Positions 20,042 through 30,087 of a DNA stretch of 64,000 bases are shown in pieces. Source of the stretch: a virus; the IMG/VR virus record IMGVR_UViG_3300032163_000010, positions 1 to 64,000 of that record. The stretch is one strand, 5' to 3'. Under the pieces are notes generated by a model. It searched no databases. It worked only from the letters and a program-made list of their open reading frames with translations, and had not been told where the DNA came from. The position numbers and the translations under genes are program-made. Positions within the stretch are counted from its first letter, which is position 1, and each line of letters opens with the position of its first letter.

Positions 20042-20310
20042 GTGAAAAACCATTACGAAATCGATGGGAGATACAGGCTGACATCATTGATACATGTCCT
20101 GCAATAGTTACAAGAATCATGACTAATGCAAGTGTGGGTTGGAGGCCACTTGTAGGGATACTTGGTCATCTTATTGAGAAAGGATACCTGATTAGGCAAA
20201 TAGGAAAATCTGTTAGTATAACAAGTCACAGCATGGTAACGATATACTATTCAACCCAACGAGGGAGAGAGTACGTGGCACTTGTGAGAAGAGTAGCTGA
20301 GGCGTCATAA
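20038..20310 (+). CDS. Archaeal winged-helix regulator (HTH_45/ArnR-like)
   Basis: RNRWEIQADII...TRIMTNASV...LIEKGYL...YYSTQRG. Confidence 0.75.
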   Translation: MSEKPLRNRWEIQADIIDTCPAIVTRIMTNASVGWRPLVGILGHLIEKGYLIRQIGKSVSITSHSMVTIYYSTQRGREYVALVRRVAEAS

Positions 20311-20599
20311 GGGATGAGCCACTTACGGGATGTAGCTGAGCTGCGCAGTCAGCCAAAGGAATTTAAGTCGCATGTCGAAGCGGACATATACTGCAAGTTG
20401 GCAAAGCAAGATGTCACGCTAGTCTGCAATGCAAACGGCGTGGTGGTTTGTCGATCATGGAAGAAATGTAGGCAACATTCATTGGATACCTGCCCGGAGA
20501 AGATAGCCTATCAAGCGATGTTGGCAGAAATGAAGAAGAAAGGCGAGGAACGGCAAGCTGCCCATGTGAGTCTATTAGGAATACTGAGGAGGTGAGAAG

Positions 20600-20749
20600 A
20601 TGAGTGGAGATTTTACGGCTAAGATTGACGCTCTAGACTTCGTTATAGACGTACTGAAGGAACACGAGAAGGAACTAGATGCGGCTTTATCAAAAATGGA
20701 GGAATTGATCACTCGGCTTGAGGAACTAGAGAGAAAATTAGGGAAGTGA
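20600..20749 (+). CDS. Small coiled-coil protein, below the track cutoff
   Basis: GGAGGTG RBS; MSGDFTAKIDALDFVIDVLKEHEKELDAALSKMEELITRLEELERKLGK*. Confidence 0.7.
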   Translation: MSGDFTAKIDALDFVIDVLKEHEKELDAALSKMEELITRLEELERKLGK

Positions 20750-20954
20750 ATACTACTGAATGGCTAGGACGTACGTTGTTGACTCCCGCACGTTGAGATA
20801 CTGGTTGGCTCGTTTCAATCAGATCCCAAAGTGCAAACTCTGCGGTGAGGGGTTCAAAATAGGCGACAAAGTTAGAACGACGCAAAGACCGAAGAATACT
20901 TCTGTGAGCCACCGACATGTTCGGTGTATTGAGGAAGGCTCAGTACCTAGGGAA

Positions 20955-21007
20955 ACCCCTATCTCTCCCCTGAGCGAAAGTTTTAAATAGCAGACCGGGC
21001 GTCTTTC
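20955..21007 (+). promoter_or_regulatory. BRE/TATA promoter with downstream palindrome
   Basis: ACCCCTATCTCTCC...CGAAAGTTTTAAATAG-C-AGACCGGGCGTCT-TTC. Confidence 0.75.
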
Positions 21008-21011
21008 AATC

Positions 21012-21132
21012 GAACGCAAGCATGAAGGAATGAGCGACAATGGGAGACACGGTTCAACGGAGTAAAGGTCCTAGCGATCGGCTGTTGGATCGTATGCTTA
21101 CATTCAAGGGCAACGCGGGCGCTTGCAAGTTC
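21012..21132 (+). ncRNA. Structured 5' leader RNA
   Basis: Nested helices GAAC-GCAAGC/GCTTGC-AA-GTTC and GAATG-AGC/GCT-TA-CATTC, and a 12-bp ACGGTTCAACGG/CTGTTGGATCGT helix with 3 G-U pairs. Confidence 0.6.
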
Positions 21133-21151
21133 AGACAGGAGGTAACATGAT

Positions 21152-21490
21152 ATGCCAATAAGTATGTCAGAGTTCCAGAAGCTACAGAAGGTAATCCCGG
21201 GCACCCGCAAGGGCGGGAAGAAGATCGACTGGGACGGGGTCTTCAAGGCAATGACGGGCAAAGGAGGCTTCACGACAAAGGAAGTCTATGCCCTAGCGAC
21301 GACTCACGCGTTGGGCAACGGGAAGCCGTTGAAGGACGCTGAGGGAAAGGATATCCCGGTGATATCCAAGTTCAGAACCCAGAGATGGCTCCAACAGCAA
21401 GTAGAGAAGAAGCTGATGGAAGTCAAGATAGGCCCCAGTGGGGATTACGTCTACGCGGTAGCGGTCATACCGAAGATCCCGACAGCGTAG
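21152..21490 (+). CDS. Winged-helix protein, MPIS family, paralogue 4
   Basis: MPISMSEFQKL...KIDW...FTTKEVY...ISKFRTQRWLQQQVEKKLM...YVY. Confidence 0.8.
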   Translation: MPISMSEFQKLQKVIPGTRKGGKKIDWDGVFKAMTGKGGFTTKEVYALATTHALGNGKPLKDAEGKDIPVISKFRTQRWLQQQVEKKLMEVKIGPSGDYVYAVAVIPKIPTA

Positions 21491-21498
21491 GAACAAAG

Positions 21499-21786
21499 CC
21501 GGTCGATGAGGGTCAGGGAGCAGATCCTTGCCCTCACGATAGACGGTCCGAATCCTTAGTAGTGGGGGATAAAAAACTGGTAGTGCACCCAGCCTAGACC
21601 ACAACCACGCAAAAAACTGTGGCAGGAATAGGACCGTTGAGACCGCCTGAGGGGGTCAGATGCCTCGGCGTTTGGCTCTCCAGGAGACGGTCATGCGGGA
21701 GAGTAAATCGAGACAGCGTGAAATGGCGGGCCAGGGGCCCTTCGCCTGTCAACGGACTGCTCGGAACTCAGATCCCGCGATGCCGG
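21499..21786 (+). ncRNA. Candidate ~290-nt multi-domain structured ncRNA, family unknown
   Basis: Four helical domains rich in G-U pairs, with pairing 5' and 3' ends; no credible ORF or RBS inside. Confidence 0.65.
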
Positions 21787-21798
21787 AGGTCATGACAC

Positions 21799-22311
21799 AT
21801 GACGTGGATTAATGGGAGTTTTCTGCTAGGAGAAGCAGATAAGGTTCTCGAGTTTTTTAACCAGAAAGGAACGGATTACTGGAATGAGGCGAACGCTGAA
21901 GCACTCATTCTAGCGGAGACCATGAGGGAGATGGTCGAGAAGGGTCTCCCTCCGGAGACAGCGGTCTATGTTTACGGAAAGAGCCTCGAGGTGAAACCAA
22001 GCAAACCGCAGGAGGAGGTTCCGAAGGAGGAACATGAGCTCGTACTGAAGGTCCTCTTAGATGAATCACCTGGGGGGTTGAAGAAGTCCTTGAGTAAAGG
22101 AATAGGAACTTGGTGGCCTGATAAGGCAAGCTACGAGGGAAAGAATCGCTTAGGAGTCAGGGTGGAGTATTCAGCGATACCACCGGGGTGTAGGGTCGAG
22201 GAACGGGAGGAGATTGTTCCTGCGAAACCTGCTGAGCCGGAGAGAACAGTAATGAAGAAAGTTCTCATCTGCGAAGGCAAGAACGGAACAACGGAGGAGA
22301 TCGTCGAATGA
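21799..22311 (+). CDS. Hypothetical protein
   Basis: 170-aa ORF with GGAGGT RBS. Confidence 0.65.
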   Translation: MTWINGSFLLGEADKVLEFFNQKGTDYWNEANAEALILAETMREMVEKGLPPETAVYVYGKSLEVKPSKPQEEVPKEEHELVLKVLLDESPGGLKKSLSKGIGTWWPDKASYEGKNRLGVRVEYSAIPPGCRVEEREEIVPAKPAEPERTVMKKVLICEGKNGTTEEIVE

Positions 22312-22567
22312 TGATAGCAGACGATGAGTATAAGAAGGCCCTCGATGAAGGAAGGCAACACAGAGCAACAATGTTCTGGAATAACATGTTCGATAGGAGA
22401 ATTGAAATGATTAAAGAGAAGATGGGAGCAATTCCAGAACCGGAGAGGAGCAAGGCTGCTGAGATGTATGTTAAGGGAATGGAGATAAGATCCGTGTCGG
22501 AGCACATCGAGGCGTTGAAGCAGAAATGGGGAATCAATCTCAAGGTAGTGTTAGATGAGGGTTCGCC

Positions 22568-22996
22568 ATGATAGACGTCGTTGAGGCTACGGGAAGGAGT
22601 TCTTGTAAGAAGTGCAAGGAAAAACTCCCTCAAGGAGAGCAAGTAGTCAAAGAAGGGAAGTCGATCATGGGTCACACGGAGTACTCGTACGAGCATGTCC
22701 TGTGTTGGGTTGAGGAGCATCCTAAGATAGTGAAAGCAATCCAAGATCAACAGATGTTCATGGATATCACCTCCCCTAAGGTCATTCAATTGGTCATCAG
22801 TGATGACTCGAAGGTAGTTTGGATCAATGGCCCAACAGGGCATTGCCTCCTTAGGGCCTGCCAAATAGGAATGTTACTCATAGACGACCGGAGAGGGATA
22901 CCAAAGGGAGAGAATACTGTTCAGCAGATCATGGATGGCAAGTATGACAACCACGTGAGGCTCCGCATGGAAGTTCTATCGAAGGTGATCGAATGA
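22568..22996 (+). CDS. PARP-type zinc-finger protein
   Basis: ATGRSSCKKCKEKLPQGE...YEHVLCW fits zf-PARP (A.SgRs.CkkC...I.kge...wyH..C). Confidence 0.65.
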   Translation: MIDVVEATGRSSCKKCKEKLPQGEQVVKEGKSIMGHTEYSYEHVLCWVEEHPKIVKAIQDQQMFMDITSPKVIQLVISDDSKVVWINGPTGHCLLRACQIGMLLIDDRRGIPKGENTVQQIMDGKYDNHVRLRMEVLSKVIE

Positions 22997-23117
22997 CAGA
23001 TCTAACGTTCAAGGTCAGAGTCTGGACGAATGTTCAGCATATGAACCAAAGCGTGATCATGGAAAAGATGGAAAAGGCTTTGTATGATATGATCATTGAG
23101 GCAAGCAAGGACTACAT

Positions 23118-26100
23118 ATGGAACTTCGAGATTCTCGAGGTGAAGAAGACATGAGTCTGCCAAGTGATATAGTTCTAAAGTTTCTGAAATTCACTGAGAT
23201 CAAAACTGGCCCATATAGAACAGCGCTGTGTTATCAAACTAGACCTAGTGTGTTCACTCTCCAAACAAGCTATGAGCCGATAGATCTAGAAGGGGAAGAT
23301 TTCAAGAGGCTGTTGGCAGACTTTGACAAGGAGGTGAAGAATACATGACGTTCGTAGATATGGCTTTGGTTCCAACGAATCAGTCGAAATCAAAGTGGGC
23401 GATAGTCCTAGAGAGTATTCCTGAAGGTATGGCTGCTGTACTCGAAGGCAAGGCCGCAACACAGATGTTATCGTCCCTAGCAGCAATGCATAGGAGGGAC
23501 AAGTTCAAGGAGTTCGCAGGAAGTAAGCGAGGGAACAAGTACTACGTTGCCAGAGTAAGCGATTGGGCGAAGGTGAAAGGAACTTGAAGATCAAAGCAGT
23601 GCATGTGTTAGATGCCGCTACGGATGTGTATTATCTCGTGGGGAAGCCTGAAATAGAGGACTTCGCTCCAATGCAGTGGATTGGTTGGGGGATGAGGTTC
23701 ACAAAAGAGGAACTCCCTAAGGTCACCTCACCGACGTTGATAGTCAAGCCGAGAGCTAATACGACATATTGTGCGATGAGCCACTTCGATGTCCCGGAGA
23801 TAGATTTGGAAGAACGAGGGAATATCGAGGTTGATCACACGAGTCTGGCATTAGCAAGAGCAGTAAGGAATATTCCTTTTGAGATGATCCCTGATGAGTA
23901 TGATTTCACACAGGTGGTGCTTAGCTGATGGCTGCAGAAATGAAGACTACAACTACGGTTAAAAGGAGGATCTGGAATATGGATGACGAATATAACGTTG
24001 TCGAAGTGCAGGTCATGGAGCCATTCAAGGAAGGTAACAAAGTAGAAGTCACTGTAAGGAGAATTGAATAAGATGTCACAAACGCTTGTTAAATGCCCTA
24101 AGTGCGGATCAACGAATATAATCCCAAATCCGATGACAGGGAGATGTCACTGTCTCTCATGTGGGAAGGAATTCGATGAGGAGGACTTAGAATGAGCCCC
24201 TGGTATGTCGTTGTTGCAATGAATGAAAAGGATATCCATAATGCTGTGACATCACTATGGGGAGGGGCGGAGAATGCTAAGCAGGCCATCAAATGGGCTC
24301 TCGATAACGGAAATACACCGAAAAAGGTCAACCAAGGGAATCGACTGAGGATCGACGCGTACGAAGTTAAGAATGTCTCAACTTGGCTGGAGGGAATGGG
24401 GTTCGTTGTGATTGACGGCCAGCCGGGGTTAGATATGCACTGAGGGAGGATCAAATGGAAATCGAAGTGATCAAGTCAAAGAGAGATGAAAAGGTCCTAA
24501 TTTATTACCCGGTCACTAGTGATTTTGTCGCGGAGCTAGTCGCGTCAATAGAGTTAGTATGCGAAATGAGAGGCGTAGGAGTAAGCGTATCACGAAGAGA
24601 GTCAATAGTCGTAAGGGAGGACAGAGGTTAATGGAATCAACAATGAAGGAAGCTATTGATAATGCGGTAAAGGAAGTTGCTGATTGGTGGGATGCGTTGT
24701 CTCAAGAGGAACAGAGCATGCTCAAACAACTAGTTGAGGATGTTCTTCCTGGGACGACGGTTGTCTTGACCAAGAATGTGAAGGTCAAATCTGAAACGTA
24801 TCATGGAACGTTGATGTTCTGGTACGGATTTAAAGCTGGATACATGCTCGGATCGAGAGATCAGGCGAAGAAGGATAAGTACCCGCTAACGGAGATGAAG
24901 AAGCCATGAGTTGGGACGTAGTGAGAGCAAGAGTAGAAGATCGGATGGAGCATGATCCGCTTCTGAAATCATTAGCTCCGCAAATTAAGGAGGCCCTAGC
25001 GAAGATACTAGCCAAAGAAGTCACGGATGAGCGAAGAATGAAACTAGGATACGGACAGGTGTATTTTGTGGATCCGTCCCTGAGGTTCAGTTGCGAATCG
25101 AAAACGATTGGGTTGACAAGGAAATCCGGCGGAGAAGTGCAATTCACACTGATGGATTTCGATCAGGAGAGAACAGCGAAGAGATTCAGGACATTTAGAA
25201 TTAAGATTAAGGAACAATTTGAGCACTTATGGAAGGCGATAGAGTCACTTCCTCCGGGGGACTAGAGATGGAAGCTGAGGATTTACCGAGGATTGAACTC
25301 AAGGGTACCCACCCGAATACAGGGAGAAAGATCTCCTTGTTTTTGGAGCCGTATTTTCCAGACAAGAGAATGATCGAACCATATGTGACGGTGTCAATAG
25401 GCAAGTCGATACTCAAGGTTGCAATTAGGATTCAAGAACTAAGGAACTCCCTGACAGTTATTGAGAACGCAGGGGATATGGAGGTCAATGGTCAATGAAA
25501 GCCATTGTTATGGATCTGCGACCGTATGAGTCTCTAACGAAGATTCTTGAGGATGTCAATGTGAGGCTCAAGAAGCTAGGGCCTGTGAACTGCGTGAGTT
25601 GCTACTTCTCACAGAGTGAGGGGAGATTTGTAGGGTTTATATTCACTTATGATACGTACTCAAGGGAGAATTTCCTCTTTCAGGTTGATGGGATTAGGGT
25701 TCCTAATCCGGATGAGGTTGAGGGAATTCTGAACGAGGAAATGGGTAAAATCGAAGAAGCTGGGATAAGGATGAGATACGTACGGTTGTATTGGCGAGCG
25801 GAGTATGTGCTCATCCTGATGACAACAGGGAGGAGAGTGTAGGTGAAGTTTAAAAACGACTTAGAAATGTGGCATCAGTTCAGGGAATTCGCAAAATTGC
25901 TTCGGCAAGTAGCGGAGTTTCAAGAACATCAACTTGCTCACGAGTGTGTTGATTATGCATTCGATTCTGGAGCTTCGGAAGAGATGTGCAGTAATTCGGA
26001 TATAACTAGGGCGACAGATTTCGACTCTTCGGAAGAGTGTTGGAAGTGCCCGAGTTATACTAAGCACTTACCAAGAAAAACTTCTAGGAGGTGATAGATA

Positions 26101-26851
26101 GAGATGAAAAACGTAGTGTTTGATAGGAAGAACGGTCACGTCGGCATCAAGCGACTTGCAACGCAGAAAGAGGAAAAGACATTCTTCTGCAACTATGTTG
26201 TTGATGTATTGGATCCAGTAATGTTTGGAGTTACAACGACGGTAACGGCAATTAGCGGCAACGAATACGACTGGCAGTCATTACCGATCAATGATCCGCG
26301 TGTACAGTATGTCAACTTGTTTGATGTGATCGAAAGTGCAGATTGGTATCATCACACAACAGCTCATGATGAAAGCGCTATTGTTGATGAGGCGTACATT
26401 GAGAACACTCACGAGGTGTTCGATAGGATCAGAAAGATATTCAAGACGTGAAGGAGGTGAGGGGATGAAAGGAAAAGTTGTATTACCAACGCTAGAAGAT
26501 ATCCTTGAAACTATGAATGCACGTGGCATAGACCCGACTAGCAAGGATAACATTGACGCGTTTAGGAAGTTCACTAGTGTATTGTGGGAGATAATCGACA
26601 AACAGTCAAGGGCATCGTTAGAGATAATATCCAAGCAAGTGGTCGACGATCAAATGATGGAACGTCTGTTGCTGGCTGTTCATTTCAACCAAGAAAAAGT
26701 GCTGAGTAAAATTATGGAGAGTATCTACGTCGAGTATGCGAATATTCTCATAGGTAACTGTAAGGACTGTAGCAGTAAGTTCTGCCCTCGTAGTAGCAAG
26801 TACAAGGATAAACTCACGAAGAAGGAGCCTCGGAGAATACCGATAGGGTGA
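23118..26851 (+). other. Cluster of small co-oriented hypothetical genes
   Basis: Contiguous coupled ORFs, e.g. 23345-23587, 24192-24443, 24906-25265, 25495-25842, 26104-26451, with no recognisable family. Confidence 0.6.
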
Positions 26852-26855
26852 GAGA

Positions 26856-27272
26856 ATGAAAATAGGATTCACAGGGACAAGGAAGGGGATGACCATAGCT
26901 CAACAAATATTTGTTGAGGACCTACTAGTGAAGTACCTCCCTGAAGAAGTCCATCATGGTGATTGCGTAGGGGCAGATGCACAATTCGACGAAATCTCCA
27001 AGAATCTGAAGATAAGAAGAGTGATTCACCCACCTGATAAGGCAATCTATCGGGCGTTCTGCAGAGGAGAAGTGATACTCCCAGAGAAGCCTTATCTTGT
27101 TCGAAATCACGACATTGTCAACGCGGTTGAGGTATTGCTTGCATGTCCTGCTGGGGTACAGGAGTTCCGGCAAAGTGGAACCTGGGCGACGGTAAGGTAC
27201 GCGAGGGCACATGTACCGCTTCCGAAGGTAGTTATAGTCTTCCCGGATGGAGTAACAAGGTGGGAGAAATGA
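26856..27272 (+). CDS. SLOG-superfamily (DprA/YspA-like) nucleotide-binding protein
   Basis: IGFTGTR, HHGDCVGAD, RNHDIV and SGTWATVRYA motifs. Confidence 0.8.
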   Translation: MKIGFTGTRKGMTIAQQIFVEDLLVKYLPEEVHHGDCVGADAQFDEISKNLKIRRVIHPPDKAIYRAFCRGEVILPEKPYLVRNHDIVNAVEVLLACPAGVQEFRQSGTWATVRYARAHVPLPKVVIVFPDGVTRWEK

Positions 27273-27778
27273 CAAGACAGACTAGCGCGAATAGACGTCG
27301 TGGGGAAGAAGCTGAGGAACGATTCATGGCGTTTGCTAGAGATCATCGATGGGGGATTAAGAGGGTCAATCCGAGTCACTTGCAAGGGATCGAATCTCCG
27401 GACTTCGAGGTCACGAGGTTCGAAGACACTGACATTCATCGAACGTATGGAGTAGAATTCAAATCTTGTGCTGGGATCACAAAAGGAAAATCCGGAGGAA
27501 TCGATCTTACAGAGGAACAATGGGGGGCGAATGTCACCTATTGTCTCAACAAGGGGATCTATCCGGCGTTGGTCGTGGAGATCAGAGTTCGTCCGGGGAA
27601 TCTTCTCTTGTGGATCTCACTCAGGGGGCTAGATAGACCTTGGAGACCGAACATATGGAGCTTGATTCCTATCGCTGATCGCATCTATCGGATTCATAGC
27701 TTGGCGTTCTATCGTGGTATCGATAAATCTGACGTCCCTCCGTCAAAAAGTTTAAATAGTAGTACAGGGGAGCATTAA
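27269..27778 (+). CDS. Holliday-junction resolvase-like PD-(D/E)XK nuclease
   Basis: NRRRGEEAE...SPDF...GVEFKS; start ATG 27269 is coupled to the SLOG stop. Confidence 0.7.
   Translation: MTRQTSANRRRGEEAEERFMAFARDHRWGIKRVNPSHLQGIESPDFEVTRFEDTDIHRTYGVEFKSCAGITKGKSGGIDLTEEQWGANVTYCLNKGIYPALVVEIRVRPGNLLLWISLRGLDRPWRPNIWSLIPIADRIYRIHSLAFYRGIDKSDVPPSKSLNSSTGEH
27745..27759 (+). promoter_or_regulatory. Archaeal BRE/TATA promoter
   Basis: AAAAAGTTTAAATAG. Confidence 0.65.
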
Positions 27779-27812
27779 TCGTAGATATAATTGTCTCATA
27801 GAGGACAGACAG

Positions 27813-28163
27813 TTGACTGAGATAATCAAGGCCAAGATTGAAATAGTCGATGGTGTTAGATGGTATATTTGTGCGATGTGTGGGCACAAGTGGCCTCCAA
27901 GGAAACCTAGTCCTAAGGAATGTCCAGCGTGTAAAAGACATCTCATAATTACAGAGGCTATGCAGGAGAGAATGAAGAAGAGAAATGAAATGATGATCCC
28001 TGAAGTGGTAGATGCAAGAGATGTATTGCCGGAGATGTTCACTGCAGCGTGTGCTTTTCCGGATTGCAAGGAAGACGCTGTGGGGAAATATCGAGGAGCG
28101 TTTCTTTGTGAGATACATCTATTGAGGAAGATGAAAGAAGGGGGGTTGTTAAAGGATATCTAA
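27813..28163 (+). CDS. Zn-finger protein
   Basis: CAMCGHKW.PR...PKECPACK and a C-terminal CAFPDC...LCEIH. Confidence 0.65.
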   Translation: MTEIIKAKIEIVDGVRWYICAMCGHKWPPRKPSPKECPACKRHLIITEAMQERMKKRNEMMIPEVVDARDVLPEMFTAACAFPDCKEDAVGKYRGAFLCEIHLLRKMKEGGLLKDI

Positions 28164-28526
28164 ATCAGATAGGACTAAGGAGAGAAGGAAGAGGAAATTC
28201 AAGAGATGGTGTTTGAAGAACGGAGTGAAGTTGAGGAATGTCTGAAGAAGAGAAAGTTCTTGAAGCATTAAAACCATTCTTCGTAGTGCTTAGAGAACTA
28301 GCTGATATGATCATGGAAGGTCTTTCGGCAGTAGTTTTGTGGTTTGAAGACCTCTACGAGAACATCGAGGAGGTGAAGTAGATCAATGAGGGCTAAGTGG
28401 TCGAAGGAAGACACCCTCAAGGCTATTGAGAGAGAGATGAAAGGCATTGGAGCGATTAAGGCTGCAGTCATCATGGCTTTGGTCATTGCCTACGGAGAGA
28501 GCTGTGCTGAAGAGGTTGGTCATTGA

Positions 28527-28892
28527 TTGCCTGTAATATGGTATGTTGACGGATCAGGGAAGGGGAGAGTTGTAGCTGTTAACGCAGCGAGGACGAAGGT
28601 CATAGATAAGTATACCCGGGCGAAGACGAATAATGAGGCCGAATGGGAGGCAGTCTTAGCCGCACTGGGTTACGTGGCAGAGGGATGCGAGGTAGAGGTA
28701 AGGACGGATTCCTTGGATGTTGTCAAGTGGATCGATGGAACCTATCGCACGGTGGATTCGAGAATGAGGGATTACAAGGAGAGGGTCTTATTTATGATTA
28801 AGCAGAAGAGATTAACATGTAAGGTCGTGCATGTGGCCAGAGAGGAGAACCTAGCGGGGATGATAATGGAGGGTAAGCTGAGAATTGAGTAA
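28527..28892 (+). CDS. rnhA: Ribonuclease HI
   Basis: YVDGS, TNNEAE, TDS and HVAREEN.A catalytic motifs. Confidence 0.85.
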   Translation: MPVIWYVDGSGKGRVVAVNAARTKVIDKYTRAKTNNEAEWEAVLAALGYVAEGCEVEVRTDSLDVVKWIDGTYRTVDSRMRDYKERVLFMIKQKRLTCKVVHVAREENLAGMIMEGKLRIE

Positions 28893-29074
28893 CCTACCAG
28901 ATTGGAAAGATCTGTTACCAGAGGGACTCCGGCGTTTATCGCATAAAGAACAACAAGAGAGATTCCTCAAGATGATGGGAGAATTACCGAAAGGCTCCCC
29001 GTTGAGGATAGCGATCAAGACGTTCCTAAATGCACAATATGGAACGATGGTAGTAACGAAGGAGAAGGAAAAAA

Positions 29075-29539
29075 TTGGCTGAGCAGGTTGAAAAGGGCCC
29101 TCGAGGACAAATATCTTCGAACGTTCGGGAATCTTCGAGTCTCAGATTAGACTTGAGTGGGGGAGGGCTTGAAGTGTTCTTGGGGAGGTTGGGGGCCAAG
29201 ATCGTCGAGGTCGTCGGGGAGTTATACAAAGCGAAAAACTACTTTGTTGAGATGAAGGAGATTATGGATAGGTTAGAGATCGAAGTAGGAGAAGAACTCC
29301 CATCGCGAACGGCGGTTTTGAATAGGATCATAGAATTAGGTGAGATGAATGTTCTCTTTGTCCAGGAGGTTATTGGGCATGGGGGCAAGAAAATTCAAGT
29401 AGGGCCGAATGGGGAAAAGAAAACGTTGTTTGAAGAACTAACTGACGAAACGATAGAGAGATTGAATCAGGAACTAGAACTCCTAGGATCGGAGTTCTCG
29501 ATAGAGAACACAAGGAGGGATAACGATACACGCATTTGA
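29075..29539 (+). CDS. Putative winged-helix protein
   Basis: MKEIMDRL...SRTAVLNRIIELGEMNVL followed by a beta hairpin. Confidence 0.5.
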   Translation: MAEQVEKGPRGQISSNVRESSSLRLDLSGGGLEVFLGRLGAKIVEVVGELYKAKNYFVEMKEIMDRLEIEVGEELPSRTAVLNRIIELGEMNVLFVQEVIGHGGKKIQVGPNGEKKTLFEELTDETIERLNQELELLGSEFSIENTRRDNDTRI

Positions 29540-29807
29540 GTGTCCTGATTGCGGAGAGGTAGTTCATCTACCGGCAGGAGCAAAGACCGCTCAGTGTGAG
29601 ATGTGCCATAGGGAAGTTAAAGTCTCTTGGCAAAAGGAGAAGAACTTCGAAGGGAGACCTGTGGGGTTCGTACATTATAGAGAGAGCCGAACGACAACTA
29701 CAGCGGATGTGTATCTTGATAAAGAGACATTGATGGCCTCAAAGAGGAAGATCTCTAATGTCGACAAAGGTAGAAGTAAGATGGTTTCTCGAGGAACATC
29801 CAAATGA
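29526..29807 (+). CDS. Zn-ribbon protein, probable ATA start (track start 29601 truncates the motif)
   Basis: In-frame HAFECPDCGEVVHLPAGAKTAQCEMCHRE; AAGGAGGG RBS 6 nt before ATA; TAG at 29502 closes the frame. Confidence 0.65.
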   Translation: MHAFECPDCGEVVHLPAGAKTAQCEMCHREVKVSWQKEKNFEGRPVGFVHYRESRTTTTADVYLDKETLMASKRKISNVDKGRSKMVSRGTSK

Positions 29808-30087
29808 AGCGTTTTGTGCTAAGGAACTTTTGGGGGTGATACTGTCTGGCGAACCTAGGATTAGAAAGGCCCTCAATGAATTATCTGATGAAGGGATTAT
29901 CGAGTGTCATCAAGGGGAGATTCTCTATTATGGATTTGTGGGAGTTCCATGCGAGTATCGATCGAAGTGTGGAGAGTTTGTTGAAGGAGATGATTGTTTG
30001 AAAAGATCATTCATGTGTCGCACAAGGCAGGACATGGAGGACAAGGAACTCGAGGAGGAGGTAAAGGATGTCACTGAAGCAGAGTAG
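29758..30087 (+). CDS. Winged-helix protein with Cys-rich tail
   Basis: FLEEHPNEAFCAKEL...IRKALNELSDEGII...YY. Confidence 0.65.
   Translation: MSTKVEVRWFLEEHPNEAFCAKELLGVILSGEPRIRKALNELSDEGIIECHQGEILYYGFVGVPCEYRSKCGEFVEGDDCLKRSFMCRTRQDMEDKELEEEVKDVTEAE

Noticed and set aside
21499-21786. SRP RNA, RNase P RNA, tRNA or hammerhead identity for the structured RNA
   Set aside because: It lacks the SRP helix-8 motif, the RNase P GAGGAAAGUCC core, a T-loop GTTCRA and the CUGAnGA...GAAA core; kept as an unknown ncRNA.
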